NCBI GenBank assembly: GCA_002633005.1
Contig: NMRA01000615.1
Span: forward strand, 183,176-247,175
Reading direction: 5' to 3'
Source: Phoronis australis
Lineage: Eukaryota > Animalia > Phoronida
DNA: 64,000 nucleotides
Shown here: positions 60,636 to 64,000 of the stretch, piece after piece
Layout of the letters: every line of letters begins with the position of its first letter
How positions within the stretch are numbered: the first letter of the stretch is position 1
Notes under the pieces: generated by a model
Told to the model about the DNA's origin: nothing
The model's input: only the letters and a program-made list of their open reading frames with translations
Database searches by the model: none
Made by a program: the position numbers and the translations under genes

Positions 60636-63600
60636 ATGGAACTCGTCCCTGGCACGACACCTGGGATTATACACGACAGTGGTTTTCACGTGAGTGGATA
60701 ATAAGCTATTGTCACTTTTAGTCCTTGCAAATCTATCATACTCTGGATTTTCATATGATAAAAATTGGCTTTCAGGTAGCTACCAACGCTGGATTCCAAA
60801 ACTGAAAAGGTCCATATGTGGAAAATCCGGCGTGGCGATGCCCACACCCTCTTTTCCGTGCCAGCAGTGCAGGGACAGTTGCTAGAATCGGTGGATCAGA
60901 AACCACAGCATCCGCTAAAAGTTATTTTTGTCAACTGACGGCAATAAACGGCCCCTTACCCTTCTAACAAAGTCAACTTTGTGTTGGACACTTACTGTTG
61001 CGGGTTTCGTCGTGTCCCTAATACCCAAATTAGACATGATTTAAAAACTTGAGAAGTACTGCAAGACCAAGCGTCAGCCCACGCCCCGACATTCTAGATG
61101 CCTATGGGTTGAGTTTCTGAGTTGTCAAGAATTGAGATAGTACTGAGATAACCAACAGTCCTTGGTCATTTATCTGAACTAATTTCAATTCAAACAAATC
61201 AGCGATGACGTTGCTTCGTACGTATAAATTACGCCTGTGAAATAATTTAGTGTTTTTAAAGTCAGAACATGGTTTGTATACGGACTTCTTCAGGTCAACA
61301 ATACAGGCATAGCTAGCGAGAACATCGAGGACACTGAAGCGGCCTAGCGCGTGTTGGCACGCTCAAACTTTCCAGTCCAGGATGCCGCGACCTGATACTA
61401 ATGACCCTGCTCTAGTGCAATGACGAATTGTCAATTCTCTCTGAGCTCAAATGTCCCTTTTAGACCGAGTAATTACCATATTATGACTATTTTAACTGCC
61501 AGTGTCCTAAATCAAAAGTTGTTTTTGACAGAAAGCACATGGGCTTAATGGACCTTATTTTTGATTGAACTTTTGGAGAACGGCTATAGGTGCCCCAATT
61601 TGTGTCACTAATCACTGCGAGGTTACAAAAAACAAAATTGTTTTTGATTATCACGATTATTTGACAACAACCCTTTTGCAAACAAAACTTCATGGTTAAC
61701 TCTGCGTGCGCGCGCCCGACGATGATTAGTGATTTCAGTTACACTGCTAGTTGAGCGAGTTAGCAAACAGCACTGCTTATGCACTTAAAAACTATTATAT
61801 TATTATATCATGTAATTAGAAAGACAAGTGAGTTCATTTTTCTAATCATCCAATAGGCATATTGCACAGTTAACGTAGTAATAACCACTGGTTCATTCAC
61901 ATGTACCAGTGGTGGATTTAGGGGGGCAAGGGTGCCATGGCTCCCCTAAAATTGTCCCAGATACCATTTGGCAGTTCTGGGTGCGAATTGCTGACTAGCA
62001 CATGCGCGCACTCAGGGGGGCCCGGGGGGGCGGAATGCAAATGCGCAGGCCCCGTTTACCGTTTTTTTTTAGTAATAATGCTCCGAACCCGAAAATTCGA
62101 GACTCCTGCATCCCTACATTTTAGGCCGGGCGCGCGCATGTGGCGAAATTCAGGTTATTCCTGTGCTCTGTCCCCCAACTCAAAATCCTGGACCCGCCCC
62201 TGTGTACTTCACACAAGGCCAACCAAGGCATTTGTGTGAGGTAAAAACGGAACAATTTAAGTCGACACAAATCTTGGATCATAATCCCAGACATAGTCTT
62301 GCAGCCGTCCTGAACTCGCCTTCCGCTACAAAACTAATCTTTCGTTGTGAGATTGGCCTCAAATTATTCTTTAGTCAAAACAGTGTGTATTTGGGGCTTG
62401 GAAAGAGCTGACTGTTCGCTATGCTTGAGACGAGGCACTATGAGCTGACTTTTCATGCCGTGTCCATTTCATTCACAAAGCACGATACCTAAGAATAACG
62501 AAACTGCAAATTCTTTGCATGACCAAAAATCACTTCTCTGAGTAGGGATGGAACTGAGACCACTCACGTTGCATTGACTACAATTTTTTAAAGACACAAA
62601 GCATACCCTTAATTTTCGAGAAGAGTTTCGAATACAGAGACCACTTACTCGGATCTGGACTACATTGCAGAAACTATAGTGGGATCGTGTGCTTTGGCTG
62701 TAATGTTTGGCGGTATCTCGTGAAAACTTGCGTGGTCTCGCTTTTCGTGTGGGAAACGTGATCGACTAAAACTGTTGACTTCATTTTTTGAACAGGAAGT
62801 GGACGCGGAGGAATTAGTGCAGACGACATTAAGTGCAGTAACGGAAGACAAACTGTTATGCTATCACTGTTTGGAAAAGTTTGACAATCCCAAACTACTG
62901 CCTTGCCTACACACATTCTGTATAAAATGTTTGAAGAACTGCGAAGAAAATAACGTGCTGCGGTGCCCTTCTTGTACGAAAGAAATCGAACTAGACGACG
63001 AAGGTACGTTTACTGGAGTTTTAAAATAAAATTTTCTATAGTGAATACATTATAAAACGAACTTTAGCGTAAACTTAAGTAGTCAATTGATATTTTCACA
63101 TGACGCCGTTTTGAAAGAGATCTTTAATTTCTGGTGATGCACAACTAACAATTGAAATTGCCGCCACAGTTGCATGACCCTGAACCTAGCTGTCATGAAC
63201 TTGGTAATATACATGTAGTACATTGCTATAACTACACCAAATGTTCCACTTTGGGGATATCTGCCGAAGTGAATTGCTCATACTTGACTTATTTGATGAA
63301 AACGAAGAATCATGAACCTTAAAGGCTTTTGAAGATAATTCTCTGGTGTTTTCCTGTGAATCGAAAACATAAATGTAGCAGCACTAAATTGTATGGCGGT
63401 CAAGCGTTTTAATTTTGAATTTTCACGAGCCGTTTCCTTTCAGGTGTAGACGGTCTTAAGGACAATTTTTACATCACTCTCATGTTGGAGAAGGTGTCAA
63501 TTTACGAGTATTCGTCGGAAAATAAAAGTCTGCATTGCTCACTGTGTGATGGCGCTGGTGGAATGACTGATGTGGTTTCATTTTGTGAAGAATGCGTTGA

Positions 63601-64000
63601 CTACCTCTGTCCTCTTCACTACGAGGCACATGCAAAGTGCAGAAGTACGAAATACCACACGATGTCAACGATCGGCGCGTTGTGTGCGAAGGCGTTGGAC
63701 AGCGTTCAACACGTACCACGGAGAAAACCAAAATCGTGTAAAATTCATGCCGGCGAGGCACTAAAACTCTATTGCTCGACGTGCGACCAGGTTGTTTGCA
63801 GAGACTGTGCTCTCACGCGATGCGTGGGTCACGAATGTAAGTACACGTCGGAGGTCTATTCGGAGCACGCTGCCGACATCTCTGATGCACTGCACAAATG
63901 TGACGAATCCACGTTCAGTTTGAGGGTTGCTTTGTCTGATGCCGACGACAGGCTGAATACACTTAGGAAACGCTACAATCACGGAATGCGGCTTATAGAT
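60636..64000 (+). CDS. TRIM-family E3 ligase (RING, B-box1, B-box2, start of coiled coil; TRIM2/3/45/56-like), 5' part: exons 60636-60689, 62796-63003, 63444->64000
   Basis: MELVPGTTPGIIHDSGFH|EVDAEELVQ...LLCYHCLEKFDNPKLLPCLHTFCIKCLKNCEENNVLRCPSCTKE (C3HC4 RING)...|GVDGLKDNFYI...HCSLCDG...SFCEECVDYLCPLHYEAHAKCRSTKYH (B-box1)...SCKIHAGEALKLYCSTCDQVVCRDCALTRCVGH (B-box2), open to the window end. The ATG exon (acceptor at 60540, donor GTGAGT, phase 0) is less certain. Confidence 0.9.
61907..62202. mobile_element. MITE with 5-bp TSD in the TRIM intron
   Basis: Ends CAGTGGTGGATTTAG...GGACCCGCCCCTG; perfect TSD TGTAC; same family as 9524-9680 and 38313-38450. Confidence 0.88.

Noticed and set aside
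1-64000. CRISPR arrays, operons or other prokaryotic systems
   Set aside because: The DNA is spliceosomal-intron eukaryotic sequence, and no regularly spaced repeat-spacer array is present.

Overview
This is intron-rich animal genomic DNA (about 40% GC, GT-AG introns, a few N gaps), probably from a marine invertebrate; a deuterostome such as a hemichordate or amphioxus is plausible but cannot be shown from this window. The six-frame ORF track is mostly noise. Six spliced genes were reconstructed by hand with consistent exon phases: (1) DMGDH, minus strand, internal exons only, running off the left edge; (2) a CD20/MS4A-like tetraspan protein with a Pro/Gln-rich N-terminus, minus strand; (3) a phospholipid scramblase, plus strand; (4) a CISD3/MiNT-like double-CDGSH iron-sulfur protein, minus strand; (5) UCHL5/UCH37, plus strand, head-to-head with the CDGSH gene; (6) a RING-Bbox-Bbox TRIM gene, plus strand, running off the right edge. 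Introns and intergenic DNA hold many non-autonomous DNA transposons. These include a MITE group with 5-bp target-site duplications, a Merlin-like element, and a decayed two-gene ISL2EU/Harbinger-like transposon nested inside a 5-bp-TSD element. tRNA-derived SINE fragments and minisatellites are also present. The best leads are the atypical CDGSH protein (CDESH first motif, extra C-terminal Cys/His cluster, no obvious mitochondrial presequence), its shared or overlapping promoter with UCHL5, and the nested transposon. I cannot establish a clearly new biological system from sequence alone.
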